Positions 8,723 through 19,152 of a stretch of 64,000 nt of DNA are shown piece by piece (the first letter of the stretch is position 1; each line of letters opens with the position of its first letter). The stretch comes from a virus: positions 22,763 through 86,762 of IMG/VR virus record IMGVR_UViG_3300017917_003637; one strand, written 5' to 3'. The notes under the pieces were generated by a model. That model saw only the letters and a list, made by a program, of their open reading frames with translations, did not search any database and was not told the DNA's origin. A program made the position numbers and the translations under genes.

Positions 8723-11227
8723 TTATGCTTTTTTCTTTGAAGTAGTTTTTTCTATTACTAGAGTTTCCTCATCCTTAGAATATACAATTTTAATCGTATC
8801 CCCTTCTTCAAAGGCTTCTGTTAGAATTTCGTCAGCCACTAAGTCTTCAACGTAATGTTGGATGGCTCTGTTGAGTGGTCTGGCACCGTATTCTTCATCG
8901 TAACCTTGTGTTGCAATAAAATCCAAGGCTTCCTCTGTAATATCCAAATTAAATTTCAACTCAGCAAGTCTGCTTTCCAAGTGTTTGATTTCGATATCGA
9001 TAATCTCTCTGATGTTTTCTTTTGAAAGAGAATTGAACACGATGGCTTCATCAATACGGTTAAGGAATTCTGGTTTGAATTTTTTCTTAAGAGCTTTGTC
9101 AATAATCGCTCTTGTTTTGGCTTGTTCGTTGAATGCGCTAACACCAGTTTCAAATCCCATGTTTTTACCAAATGAGTTTGCTTCTTTAACACCAATGTTA
9201 GAGGTCATAATGATAAGAGCGTTTTTAAAGTTAACCTTACGGCCAAGACCATCGGTTAAATGACCCTCATCAAGCAATTGCAATAGCATATTGAATACAT
9301 CATCATGAGCTTTTTCAATCTCATCAAACAAGATTACACAGTGTGGTTTACGTCTAACTTTTTCAGTTAACTGACCACCTTGGTCGTAACCAACGTAACC
9401 TGGTGGTGGACCAACCAATCGAGATACAGAATGTTTTTCCATGTATTCAGACATGTCAACTCTAACAAGAGCTTCAGCGTCACCATATACATGTTCAGCT
9501 AGCAATTTAGCCAAGAGTGTTTTACCAACACCTGTTGGTCCTAAGAAGATAAATGAACCAACTGGTTTATTTTTATCCTTGATACCGATTCTGTTACGTT
9601 TAATTGCTTTAACAACCTTAACAACAGCATCTTCTTGTCCAATAACTTTTCCGCTCAACTCTTTGTCCATGTTCATAAGACGTTTGCTTTCTTGAGTTGA
9701 AATTTTGTTAAGAGGAATACCAGTCATCATTGAAACAACTTCAGAGATTAACTCAACACCAACTTCAGTTACTTTATCATCTAAGTTTGTCTGCCAATCG
9801 TGGATGGCTTTTTCTAAGTTGTCAGTGATTTCTCTTTCTTTATCACGAAGTTTAGCAGCTTCTTCGTATTGTTGTTTTTTTACAACTTCAGTCTTTTTAT
9901 CAAGGATTTCTTTGATTTGTTCTTCAAGTTCTTTTATATTCTCTGGTTTTTCAACAGATACGTTTGTTGTGGCACCAGCTTCATCCAACACATCGATAGC
10001 CTTGTCTGGCATCGCTCGGTCCATAATGTATCTTGCGGATAGCTTAACACATTCTTCAATGGCTTCTTCGGTGTATTTTACTCTGTGGTGTTTTTCGTAT
10101 TTTTCTTTGATGTTCATCAAAATAACTTTGGTTTGCTCTAAAGTAGGTTCTTCAACAAGCACTTGTTGAAAACGTCTTGTAAGAGCACCGTCTTTTTCGA
10201 TGTTTTCACGGTATTCGTCGAGTGTTGTTGCACCAATGATTTGAATCTCACCTCTAGCCAAGGCTGGTTTAAAGATATTTGAAGCGTCCAGTGAACCGCT
10301 TGAATTACCAGCACCAACAATGGTGTGTAACTCGTCTATGAACAATACGATATCTGGGTTGGATTTACACTCTTCAAGAATGGCTTTCATTCTTTCTTCA
10401 AATTGACCACGGTATTTAGTACCTGCAACAATTGACGCTAAGTCTAGCATGTAGATTTTTTTACCAGTAAGTGTTCTTGGTGCGTTGCCTTCAAAGATAA
10501 GTTGAGCAAGCCCTTCAACGATTGCTGTTTTACCAACACCAGGTTCACCAATCAAAACTGGGTTGTTTTTCTTTCTTCTTGATAGAATTTGAGAAACTCT
10601 TTTGATTTCAACTTCTCTACCTACAACTGGGTCTATTTGACCTTTTTCAACAGCCTTGGAAATGTCTCGACAAAAATTGTCCAACACTGGTGTTTTTGTT
10701 TTGCTGTCTTTGTTCTTGGGTTTTCTGAATGAATCGTTTTCATCGTGGTCTTCATTGCTAAAAGCACTGTTTTTGTGTTCTAATTTGTCCATATTTGTAA
10801 CGGTTTTAAAAAATTTGTTGTAGGTTATACCCATTTCAGCTAGTAAACTAACCAAGGGTGTTTTTGAATCTAGGATACTAAGCATGACGTGAGTAGTATC
10901 AATAATATTGTCTTTTAATTTTTCACAGTGTTTGTCTAAATTTTTGATAATCACTTTCATTTCATCTGAAAAAGGCAAATTATTTCTTCCGTGGTATCCA
11001 GTTCTTGGGGTTAAGTCACTTTTTCTTGTAAAGTCTGAAACCTTATCATATAAGTCAAATGTGTCTATACCCATTATACTTAAGGCTCTAGCACACTCAT
11101 TTTCATTATCAATCATCATAGACAGCACAACGTGTTCAGGCTTAATTCTATTGTCATCATGGCCCTTGGCTTCTTTTGTTGCAATAGTCATAATGATTTT
11201 AACTTTTGGGTCTATTTTTCTGTCCAT
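8723..11227 (-). CDS. clpC: ATP-dependent Clp protease ATP-binding subunit ClpC
   Basis: Clp-N repeats, two AAA modules (GEPGVGKT, GPTGVGKT), UVR-type QYEEAAKLRD, MGF loop, GARPL. Confidence 0.92.
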   Translation of the reverse strand: MDRKIDPKVKIIMTIATKEAKGHDDNRIKPEHVVLSMMIDNENECARALSIMGIDTFDLYDKVSDFTRKSDLTPRTGYHGRNNLPFSDEMKVIIKNLDKHCEKLKDNIIDTTHVMLSILDSKTPLVSLLAEMGITYNKFFKTVTNMDKLEHKNSAFSNEDHDENDSFRKPKNKDSKTKTPVLDNFCRDISKAVEKGQIDPVVGREVEIKRVSQILSRRKKNNPVLIGEPGVGKTAIVEGLAQLIFEGNAPRTLTGKKIYMLDLASIVAGTKYRGQFEERMKAILEECKSNPDIVLFIDELHTIVGAGNSSGSLDASNIFKPALARGEIQIIGATTLDEYRENIEKDGALTRRFQQVLVEEPTLEQTKVILMNIKEKYEKHHRVKYTEEAIEECVKLSARYIMDRAMPDKAIDVLDEAGATTNVSVEKPENIKELEEQIKEILDKKTEVVKKQQYEEAAKLRDKEREITDNLEKAIHDWQTNLDDKVTEVGVELISEVVSMMTGIPLNKISTQESKRLMNMDKELSGKVIGQEDAVVKVVKAIKRNRIGIKDKNKPVGSFIFLGPTGVGKTLLAKLLAEHVYGDAEALVRVDMSEYMEKHSVSRLVGPPPGYVGYDQGGQLTEKVRRKPHCVILFDEIEKAHDDVFNMLLQLLDEGHLTDGLGRKVNFKNALIIMTSNIGVKEANSFGKNMGFETGVSAFNEQAKTRAIIDKALKKKFKPEFLNRIDEAIVFNSLSKENIREIIDIEIKHLESRLAELKFNLDITEEALDFIATQGYDEEYGARPLNRAIQHYVEDLVADEILTEAFEEGDTIKIVYSKDEETLVIEKTTSKKKA

Positions 11228-11244
11228 ACTTGGTTTATTTTTTG

Positions 11245-11307
11245 CAAATATACTAAATTATTTTTAAAAAGCAATATTGATTTTTACAATAATTATTCGT
11301 ATATTTG
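11245..11307. promoter_or_regulatory. Divergent pair of Bacteroidota-type promoters
   Basis: TATATTTG on minus (11252-11245) and plus (11300-11307); palindrome CAATATTG (11272-11279) supplies both TTG elements at 19 and 20 nt. Confidence 0.7.
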
Positions 11308-11319
11308 TATAAAAACAAT

Positions 11320-11538
11320 ATGATACCTACTGTACCTAAATTTGGAAAAGTTGAATTATTGGTAAACACTGGCACTGCTAGAACCAATTTAAGCTTTGAT
11401 GACTGTGGTCTTATGATTACTGGTGATTATATTATCGTAATCTTAGACGAAAAGGATGAAATGAACCATACACTTACTAGTACTGGTAAGATTTTTCATT
11501 TAAGAGATGTTGACTCTTATAAAACACACGCAAAATAA
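11320..11538 (+). CDS. Hypothetical protein
   Basis: ATG 11320 after the promoter. Confidence 0.65.
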   Translation: MIPTVPKFGKVELLVNTGTARTNLSFDDCGLMITGDYIIVILDEKDEMNHTLTSTGKIFHLRDVDSYKTHAK

Positions 11539-11560
11539 CAATTACCTAATAAAAACATTT

Positions 11561-12028
11561 ATGCTTTTAAAAAAACAAGAAAACAACAATGTAACTAAGG
11601 CTATCTACGCCTCTTCTAATGTCTGCGCATCAACGTATGATAGAACAACTAGAGACTTAACCATTATCTTTAACAATGGTGGTCAATACAAGTACCCTAA
11701 CGTTTCTGAAACTGACTACACTCGTTTTGAGCTTGCCGATAGTCAAGGTGTGGTTTTAAACTCACATATCAAAAAATATGCGTTTGAAAAATTAGATAAA
11801 GTTGACCCTAGCGCTATTTTGGCTGAGGTTACTGAATTAAAAGACGCTGAGAAAAAAGCAAGAATTCAACAAGTAACTAAATCTATGGTTGCTGCTATTA
11901 ACGCTGTTAGTGTTTATTATGAATCAACTGAAACTGTTGACCCAGCGTTGTATACTAAAATGAAGTCAGCGATGGAAGAATATGAAAAAATAACATCTTC
12001 AGCTGCCGCTACAGTAGTTAACGACTAA
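11561..12028 (+). CDS. KTSC domain protein with helical C-terminus
   Basis: SSNV...YD...LTIIFNNGGQYKYPNV...F..ADSQG...NSHIK. Confidence 0.8.
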   Translation: MLLKKQENNNVTKAIYASSNVCASTYDRTTRDLTIIFNNGGQYKYPNVSETDYTRFELADSQGVVLNSHIKKYAFEKLDKVDPSAILAEVTELKDAEKKARIQQVTKSMVAAINAVSVYYESTETVDPALYTKMKSAMEEYEKITSSAAATVVND

Positions 12029-12030
12029 TT

Positions 12031-12465
12031 ATGGTTGAGGAATATGAAAATAAATGCACGGATTGGGTGTTCTTAAAAGAGCACCCATTAGTGCGTTTTA
12101 CGGATTATCCATTATCAATGGTTCATATTACTGATGGCATAAATGTTAGAAGTAGAACTGTTGATGTTAAAAGTTGTCAAATAGATTTGGTTGGTAGACT
12201 TAAAAAAGAAGAAAAAATTCGTAATAGAATGTTTGTTGTATATCCGTTTAATAAAGATAAAGAACAAATTTATAGTATAACATATAACCCTATGAATTTT
12301 TCAGAAGTTAAAACAATAAGATTTGCTGAGATTGAAATAACCAAGGAAGAGTGGAATTTTATGATGAAACAAAAACTTAGAGAGCGAGAAGAAAATTACA
12401 AAAAATCACTAGAAAAAGAAAGAAGAGCAAACACAAATTACAAATACCTTTTAATTAGAAGATAA
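12031..12465 (+). CDS. Hypothetical protein
   Basis: 144-aa ORF in tight operon. Confidence 0.6.
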   Translation: MVEEYENKCTDWVFLKEHPLVRFTDYPLSMVHITDGINVRSRTVDVKSCQIDLVGRLKKEEKIRNRMFVVYPFNKDKEQIYSITYNPMNFSEVKTIRFAEIEITKEEWNFMMKQKLREREENYKKSLEKERRANTNYKYLLIRR

Positions 12466-12743
12466 TGAAAAATAAAGATTACAAAAAACTTAGTTTATTA
12501 AACTATGAAGGTGATGTACTTAAAGCATATCATATCCCACTAGCCAAAACTTTTCTTGTTGTTGATGACCATGGTCATATTGTTGAGTCATGTTCTAAAA
12601 AAGAGTTGATTGATTTCCTAGAGGGTAGGAAAGAAATAACTACCAGCTATGGTAAAACATATAACTTTACCAAAGAACATGAAGGTGCAAAAAGAAGCCC
12701 AGAAGAAATTAACGAATTTTTAAAATTGCAAAAAGATGAGTAA
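12465..12743 (+). CDS. Hypothetical protein
   Basis: TAATG-coupled 92-aa ORF. Confidence 0.65.
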   Translation: MKNKDYKKLSLLNYEGDVLKAYHIPLAKTFLVVDDHGHIVESCSKKELIDFLEGRKEITTSYGKTYNFTKEHEGAKRSPEEINEFLKLQKDE

Positions 12744-12921
12744 TGTAACTATAAGTAAAGAAAAATTACAAAAATTGTTAGACAATTTTTATGAAGTTTG
12801 CAACTTATGTGATGAAATGGATATCTATGAGTTTGAAGAAGGTGATGAATCTATGCAAGAGATGAAAAAATGGGCTAAAGATACTTTTGGTAGAAAAATT
12901 GATAAGGACAATTATGAATAA
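12736..12921 (+). CDS. Hypothetical protein
   Basis: 61-aa ORF with overlapping start/stop. Confidence 0.6.
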   Translation: MSNVTISKEKLQKLLDNFYEVCNLCDEMDIYEFEEGDESMQEMKKWAKDTFGRKIDKDNYE

Positions 12922-13072
12922 TTTAGATGGTTCAGAATTTATAGATGATGATTTATGGGACCATTATAGTGGTTTACCTAGCCCAGCGTGGTATCAACAC
13001 ATAAAAGAACAAAATGAAAAAGATAATCATGATAATAGCATTCCTAGCGGAAATGCTGATAAACAAATTTAA
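12914..13072 (+). CDS. Small hypothetical protein
   Basis: MNNLDG...DDLWDHYSGLPSPAWY, coupled to the previous gene. Confidence 0.5.
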   Translation: MNNLDGSEFIDDDLWDHYSGLPSPAWYQHIKEQNEKDNHDNSIPSGNADKQI

Positions 13073-13090
13073 ACGTAAAAGAAAAAGTAT

Positions 13091-14356
13091 ATGGGATTTG
13101 TAAACAACCTAGATAAACAATACACAGACCTACTCAGAGATATCCTAGAAAACGGTACACGTAAGGGTGACCGTACTGGGACTGGAACAATTTCACTATT
13201 TGGAAGACAAATCAGACACAAAATGTCAGAAGGATTTCCACTTCTAACTACAAAGAAAATGCCATTCAAAACAATCGTAACAGAACTTCTTTGGTTCTTA
13301 CGAGGTGATACAAACATCAAATACCTTGTTGATAATAATTGTCATATTTGGGATGGAGATGCTTATAAGAATTTTATCAACCACCCTGATTATAAAGCCG
13401 AGTCTGTCGCTGATTTAATGAGGTCACAAGCTGGTCAATTGGCAAAATGCTCAACACAAGAAGAATTCATAAACAGAATCAAAACTGATGATAAATTTGC
13501 TAAGAAGTGGGGTGAATTAGGTCCAATTTATGGTAAGCAATGGAGAAAATGGAGTGTTTTACCTGATAAGTATGGTGCTTACAATCGTAACCCCATTGAC
13601 CAAATCCAAAATCTAATCAACGACCTTAAAACAAATCCTGACTCAAGACGATTAATGGTCAACGCTTGGAATGTTGGTGAATTAGACCAAATGGTTCTTC
13701 CACCTTGTCATTATGGATTTCAAGTTTATACAAGAGAGTTGAGTTTGGATGAAAGAAATGATTTGCTTTACAAAAAAATAGGTGGTGAACATAAAAGAGA
13801 AAATTGTTTTAGTGATGAAGAGTTTGAAAGAGAGACATTACAAGATTGTAAAGCTTTTAACATTCCAACCAGAGCAATCTCTTTAATGTGGAATCAACGT
13901 TCAGTAGATACTTTCTTAGGTTTACCATTCAACATTGCTTCTTATGGATTGTTATTGGAGATAATTGCAAAAGAAGTTAATATGGTACCCGATGAATTGA
14001 TAGGTAACTTGGCTGATGTACATTTGTATTCAAACCATGTGGACCAAGCCATGGAACAAATTGGTAGAGATTTAACCGATGAGGAAAGATACAACATTTG
14101 GTTCAACAACAATTATGAAACTGGTATGGAGAGATATTTTGACCCTAACAATTTACCAGATTTTGACAATGAGTATTATGAACCAACACCTAAACGAACA
14201 AGAGAACCTTTTCCATTACCTAAATTAACATTTAACCCTATATTCTTAGCCAACCTAGAACATAAAGGGTTTGATGAAGCTATAAATGGTGAAGTTAATT
14301 TTCAATTAGAAAACTATCAATCACATTCAATAATTAAAGCACCACTTTCAAACTAG
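13091..14356 (+). CDS. thyA: Thymidylate synthase ThyA with internal insertions
   Basis: DRTGTGT, ELLWFL, GPIYGKQWR, LPPCH, QRSVDTFLGLPFN, HLYSNH. Confidence 0.95.
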   Translation: MGFVNNLDKQYTDLLRDILENGTRKGDRTGTGTISLFGRQIRHKMSEGFPLLTTKKMPFKTIVTELLWFLRGDTNIKYLVDNNCHIWDGDAYKNFINHPDYKAESVADLMRSQAGQLAKCSTQEEFINRIKTDDKFAKKWGELGPIYGKQWRKWSVLPDKYGAYNRNPIDQIQNLINDLKTNPDSRRLMVNAWNVGELDQMVLPPCHYGFQVYTRELSLDERNDLLYKKIGGEHKRENCFSDEEFERETLQDCKAFNIPTRAISLMWNQRSVDTFLGLPFNIASYGLLLEIIAKEVNMVPDELIGNLADVHLYSNHVDQAMEQIGRDLTDEERYNIWFNNNYETGMERYFDPNNLPDFDNEYYEPTPKRTREPFPLPKLTFNPIFLANLEHKGFDEAINGEVNFQLENYQSHSIIKAPLSN

Positions 14357-14383
14357 TATGATATTTATTTATAAAATATCATT

Positions 14384-14884
14384 ATGTTTGAAGCAATTAA
14401 AAATCTTAAACCAGCACATAGATTTCAAGCCTTTTTGGTTGTTGTAATCTTATCAACATTATCATCAGTTACAACAGCTTACTTGTCAACAGATGATTGT
14501 AGTGGATTAGCTAACCAATACAATGTATTGATTAAAAACTACACTGAGACATTGTCATTAAACAATCAGTTGGTTTCTGACAACAATCAGAAACAAAAAG
14601 ATTTTATGTTGATAAAGAAAATGTTGGATAGTTTAAACATGGTTGAACCTGAAATTGTTAAAAAAACAACAATAAAAAATAAAACAGATAGGCCTATTGT
14701 TCATCACACTGTTAGAGATAATCATTTAGTTGATAGTGTTATGGTGGCAACATCGCCATTAGAAGTTGAAACTAGAAGTAGTAAAACTATAACGACTGAA
14801 ACAACAGTAAGCAAAATAGGTGATAAACACAAATCAATTTTAGGTAATGTTTATGACGTATTAAAAAAACACGAAAAACAATAA
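14384..14884 (+). CDS. Membrane-anchored coiled-coil protein (possibly lysis/spanin-like)
   Basis: N-terminal hydrophobic helix then heptad-like region; ATATTTAT at 14361-14368. Confidence 0.5.
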   Translation: MFEAIKNLKPAHRFQAFLVVVILSTLSSVTTAYLSTDDCSGLANQYNVLIKNYTETLSLNNQLVSDNNQKQKDFMLIKKMLDSLNMVEPEIVKKTTIKNKTDRPIVHHTVRDNHLVDSVMVATSPLEVETRSSKTITTETTVSKIGDKHKSILGNVYDVLKKHEKQ

Positions 14885-14909
14885 AAAACACCCAAAAGGG
14901 TGTTTTTTT
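14883..14909 (+). terminator. Intrinsic terminator
   Basis: AAAAAACACCC-AAAA-GGGTGTTTTTT. Confidence 0.8.
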
Positions 14910-14942
14910 ATTTTAAAGAATATTTATAGTTAAAAACTTAAT

Positions 14943-17363
14943 ATGCCAACTACAAATAATCTTAACCAATTTTTGGTACCAGCTCAAGACGCTTTTTTAT
15001 ATCAATTAGTCTATAACAAAGTATATGGTGGTAGAACAGGTTGTACTGTCAACATTAACGGCACGACAGTTCAAATGGGTGCAAATTCTTCAATCGATAT
15101 ATTAGTGGAAACTATAAGTGGTGGTACTGGATGTTTGGTATCTGGTGACAAACCAAATGTGTATGGTGATAGTCCTCAATACAAATATGTTCCACAAACT
15201 TTTGTTTCCGTATGGGATACCAGAAGAACAAGTACTGGTAGTAGCACCGCAACACAAGTTAGATTGCCTTTAATTTCAACAGGTACGTATAATTTTATTG
15301 TTGATTGGGGTGATGGGAGTACAGATAGAATAACTGTATGGAATCAAGCTCAAACTACTCACACATATACTAGAGCTGGTGTTTATCAATTAACAATAAC
15401 TGGAACATTGTATGGTTTTACATTTTACAATGGGAGCACTGGTGTTGGAGATAGACTTAAATTGTTAACAATTTTTAAATGGGGGACTGGTTTTAGATTA
15501 GGAAACAATGCTGGTTATTTTTGGGGATGTGAAAATCTTCAATTAAGTGAAGTTGAAGATGTGTTAGATTTAACCAACACAACGCATTTTGGTAGTATTT
15601 TTAGAGATTGTTTTAATCTTACAACCGTAAACAGGATAAATGAGTGGAACACGTCAAACATTACCCTTATGGGTGGTGTTTTCTTAAACTGTGTTAGATT
15701 TAACCAAGATATTAGTAATTGGGATACATCTAATGTAACTGACATGGTCCTTATGTTTTCTTGTGCTGGAAGCCTTAGAGGTGTGTTTAATCAAAATATT
15801 GGAAATTGGAATACAAGTAAGGTTACAAATATGCAGCAAATGTTTTCTAACCAACCTAACTTTAATCAAGATATATCAACAAAAGTTGTTACTAGAGCAA
15901 ATGGTTCATCGTATGTTGCTTGGGATACATCTAATGTGACTACCATGAATTTTATGTTTGGGTGTGGTGCTGGTATTAGAGGTATGTTTAATCAAAATAT
16001 TGGAAACTGGAATACTAGTAAAGTTACAAATATGGCTTCTATGTTCCAAAACCAAGTTGAGTTTAATCAAGATTTATCAACAAAAGTTGTTACCGTTGGT
16101 AATTCAACATATATCGCATGGAGTACGACCAATGTAACAAACATGACGTTTATATTTGGTGGTGGTGAAAGAAATGGTAAATTTAATGGAAATGTAACTA
16201 ATTGGGATATTAGTAAAATTACTAGTATGCAAGCTTTATTTGCGAATAAAATTGATTTCAATCAAGATATATCAACAAAAGTTGTTACCGTTAGTGGTTC
16301 ATCTTATATTGCTTGGAACACAACGAACGTAACTATTTTAACCTCATTATTTTCGTGTTCAGTTAATTCTGGTAATTTTAACCAAAATATTGGAAATTGG
16401 GATACTAGTAGAGTTACATCTATGTCCTTTATGTTTAATGGTCAACCTAAATTTAATCAAGATATATCAACAAAAGTTGTTACCGTTAGTGGTTCATCGT
16501 ATATTGCTTGGAACACAGCTAGTGTGACTACTATGGATTCAATGTTTAATTCTGTAGTTGTTGACGGTGAGTTTAATCAAAATATTGGAAATTGGAATAC
16601 TGGTAGGGTAACAAGTATGAATCAATTGTTTACTGGACAGCCTAATTTTAATCAAGATATATCAACAAAAGTTGTTACCGTTAGTGGTTCATCATATGTA
16701 GCTTGGAACACGTTGAGTGCTACTAGTATGAGTTTCATGTTTTTTACTTATGGACCAACATTTAATAGATTGTCTGGTACTTTTAATCAAAATATTGGAA
16801 ACTGGAACACTAGTAGAGTAACAACCATGGCCTCTATGTTTGTTAATCAAGCTAATTTTAATCAAAACATAGGAACAAAACAAGTTACAGTTAGTGCGTC
16901 GACTTATTCTGCTTGGACTGTTTCTGCTGTTACTAGTATGTTTGATATGTTTTATATTCACAATCCTACCACAACTGGTGGGCTTGCTGGCTCATTCAAT
17001 AACAGTGGTTCTACATCAATAAACAATTGGGACGTTAGAAGATTAAGTGCTGCTACAGATATGTTTAACTATCAAATAGGTTTTAATCAACCCATAGGGA
17101 ATTGGAATATAAGTGGTGTTACTAATTTTAGTTCTACTGGTAGCACTATAGGAACTGAAGGTTTCATGTTTGGTAAAACTAGCAACGATTATTCTAGTGC
17201 AAATTATGACGCATTGTTGATTGGATGGGCAACAAGAAATGTAAGACCAAACCAATTATTAAACATGGGTACAATAAAATATTCTAGTGCAGCCGTTTCA
17301 GCTAGAAGTGTATTAACATCGGCACCTAACAATTGGACAATAATAGATGGAGGGTTAGTATAA
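14943..17363 (+). CDS. PKD + DUF285/BspA-like surface repeat protein with phage-specific N-terminal module
   Basis: VDWGDG...HTY..AGVY (PKD); many [16 protein letters not shown] repeats; NYDALLIGW cap; ATATTTAT at 14920-14927. Confidence 0.85.
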   Translation: MPTTNNLNQFLVPAQDAFLYQLVYNKVYGGRTGCTVNINGTTVQMGANSSIDILVETISGGTGCLVSGDKPNVYGDSPQYKYVPQTFVSVWDTRRTSTGSSTATQVRLPLISTGTYNFIVDWGDGSTDRITVWNQAQTTHTYTRAGVYQLTITGTLYGFTFYNGSTGVGDRLKLLTIFKWGTGFRLGNNAGYFWGCENLQLSEVEDVLDLTNTTHFGSIFRDCFNLTTVNRINEWNTSNITLMGGVFLNCVRFNQDISNWDTSNVTDMVLMFSCAGSLRGVFNQNIGNWNTSKVTNMQQMFSNQPNFNQDISTKVVTRANGSSYVAWDTSNVTTMNFMFGCGAGIRGMFNQNIGNWNTSKVTNMASMFQNQVEFNQDLSTKVVTVGNSTYIAWSTTNVTNMTFIFGGGERNGKFNGNVTNWDISKITSMQALFANKIDFNQDISTKVVTVSGSSYIAWNTTNVTILTSLFSCSVNSGNFNQNIGNWDTSRVTSMSFMFNGQPKFNQDISTKVVTVSGSSYIAWNTASVTTMDSMFNSVVVDGEFNQNIGNWNTGRVTSMNQLFTGQPNFNQDISTKVVTVSGSSYVAWNTLSATSMSFMFFTYGPTFNRLSGTFNQNIGNWNTSRVTTMASMFVNQANFNQNIGTKQVTVSASTYSAWTVSAVTSMFDMFYIHNPTTTGGLAGSFNNSGSTSINNWDVRRLSAATDMFNYQIGFNQPIGNWNISGVTNFSSTGSTIGTEGFMFGKTSNDYSSANYDALLIGWATRNVRPNQLLNMGTIKYSSAAVSARSVLTSAPNNWTIIDGGLV
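15864..16850 (+). repeat. Intragenic tandem repeat, ~195-bp period, 5 copies
   Basis: Units start at 15864, 16065, 16260, 16455 and 16650; a 44-bp block AATCAAGATATATCAACAAAAGTTGTTACCGTTAGTGGTTCATC is identical in the last three. Confidence 0.85.
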
Positions 17364-17590
17364 TGACATATTTTTTAGCACATAATTCAATAGACGTGTT
17401 TCACCATGGTGAACTTAATGAAGACCAAGTTATATCTACTGGTCAGCCAAACTTGGAATATTTTGATAATTTAAAAGCGTTAGAGGAAAGGCTGGCCGAA
17501 TTTGGTATTATTTGTAATGAAAACGAAACACCAATATTACCTCAGATTAATAATTGTGAGGATGAAATGGAAGTACCAGACCCAAGTTAA
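17363..17590 (+). CDS. Small acidic hypothetical protein (possible chaperone of the upstream repeat protein)
   Basis: TAATG-coupled to the DUF285 gene. Confidence 0.6.
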   Translation: MTYFLAHNSIDVFHHGELNEDQVISTGQPNLEYFDNLKALEERLAEFGIICNENETPILPQINNCEDEMEVPDPS

Positions 17591-17658
17591 TATGCATTTT
17601 TTTAATGTATTTATAAAACAAATGAAAAAATAACTATATTTATAAGAAAAGAAAAATT

Positions 17659-17901
17659 ATGCCAAAAAATAATGATGTATATAGCGTAATTGTACCAGCT
17701 CAAACTCCAAATTTGACAGCACACACTTACTCTACCATTTATGGTGGTTCTTCTGGTTGCACCGCTGTAATTAATGGTGTAACTGTTAGTGTTGGCGCGG
17801 CTTCTTCTTTTGATTTGACAATCAGAAGTATAAGTGGTGCTACAGGATGTTATTTACTAGGTGACAATAAAAACGTATATTTAGGTTCACCTAATTTATA
17901 G
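17659..17901 (+). CDS. 80-aa protein paralogous to the N-terminus of 14943-17363
   Basis: Colinear similarity VPAQ...YGG..GCT..ING.TV..GA.SS.D....ISG.TGC...GD..NVY..SP; ATATTTAT at 17636-17643. Confidence 0.8.
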   Translation: MPKNNDVYSVIVPAQTPNLTAHTYSTIYGGSSGCTAVINGVTVSVGAASSFDLTIRSISGATGCYLLGDNKNVYLGSPNL

Positions 17902-17934
17902 TAATCAATAAGATATTAAACAAAAAATAAAACT

Positions 17935-19152
17935 ATGGAAAGAAATTTTAGAATCAACCCAGTTGGTCTTAAAGGAAATGAAATCAACGAGCGTATGAAA
18001 CAACTTATGGGTGTAACACCTATAAACGAAGGTTTATCTCGTTCAACAGTTGAATTAACCAAAATTGGTCCAGATGGTAAAGCATATGGTATTGTAAGAG
18101 AAAATCATGAATATTACATAAAAGTATCTGACAAGACCGAAAACCTTACTGTTGAGGACTTTAAATACATTGGTGGTCTTCAAAATAAAAAATCAGAAGC
18201 GTATCCATCATATGCTAAAGCTACTAAACACTTAAACTTAAAATTTAACTCTATTTGCGAATCATTTGATATTGTGAATACATTCAACGTATTTGTTGAT
18301 GATAACTTGTTATCTGAAGGTGCTGCTAAAGAAGCTACTAAACACATTACAGATGCTAAGGGTAAAGAGTTAGGTGGTAAAGTAAAAGAAGAAGGTGGTG
18401 ATAACTTGGCTGAGAAAAAAGTCATGGATGAATTAGAAGAAGTTACTCTTACTGAAGATGAGTTAGCTATTGACGCTATGCTTAACGAAAGTGATGAAGA
18501 AGACTTGGATGAGTCAGCTCAAGGTGAAGTTGGTGCATATGCTCATGAAAAATCTAAGAAAAAAGACAAAGAAAAAGATGAAGATGAAAAAGACTTAGAC
18601 GAAGCTGAATCTAAAAACAACCCATGGGCTATCTGTACCGCTAGTGTTGGTCGTGAAGACAAAGAAAAATACGAAGCGTGTGTTAGAGACGTTAAAAAAC
18701 AAAAAGGTGTTAAAGAAGAATTAAAAGGTGGTCAACACAAAATCGATGCTAATAAAAATGGTAAGATTGATGGTGAGGATTTTAAACTTCTTAAAAAAGG
18801 TAAAACCAATGAAAACATTGATGACCAGATGTCTACTGACGAATTAATGGATAAACTAGATAATATGTCAGCTAAAGAATTGTTACAATTGTTAGGTGAT
18901 GCTGGTAGAGACTTGAAAAATGTAATTGCTAGAAAATTATCTACAGGTATGGATAAAGCTAGAGATTTTTTTGATAAGCAATATCCAGATGTTAACGAAG
19001 AAATGACTGACAAACAAAAGAAATTTGCTGCTTTGGCCGAACCTAAAGATAAAATCACATATGCTGATAAAATTGCTGGTGCTACCAAAGATGAAGCTAT
19101 GACACTTGAAGAAATTCAAGAGGCGATTGCTGATTTAAAAAAAAAACTTTAA
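17935..19152 (+). CDS. Modular putative head-internal protein, part 1 (ends at a slippery site)
   Basis: 405-aa ORF of short modules separated by xxE sites; ends GAT TTA AAA AAA AAA CTT TAA. Confidence 0.75.
   Translation: MERNFRINPVGLKGNEINERMKQLMGVTPINEGLSRSTVELTKIGPDGKAYGIVRENHEYYIKVSDKTENLTVEDFKYIGGLQNKKSEAYPSYAKATKHLNLKFNSICESFDIVNTFNVFVDDNLLSEGAAKEATKHITDAKGKELGGKVKEEGGDNLAEKKVMDELEEVTLTEDELAIDAMLNESDEEDLDESAQGEVGAYAHEKSKKKDKEKDEDEKDLDEAESKNNPWAICTASVGREDKEKYEACVRDVKKQKGVKEELKGGQHKIDANKNGKIDGEDFKLLKKGKTNENIDDQMSTDELMDKLDNMSAKELLQLLGDAGRDLKNVIARKLSTGMDKARDFFDKQYPDVNEEMTDKQKKFAALAEPKDKITYADKIAGATKDEAMTLEEIQEAIADLKKKL

Noticed and set aside
15864-16850. Regularly spaced 44-bp repeats as a CRISPR array or DGR template/variable repeat
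   Set aside because: They are in-frame coding repeats with related ~150-bp intervening sequence. No cas or reverse transcriptase gene is in the window, and I see no adenine-specific mismatch pattern.
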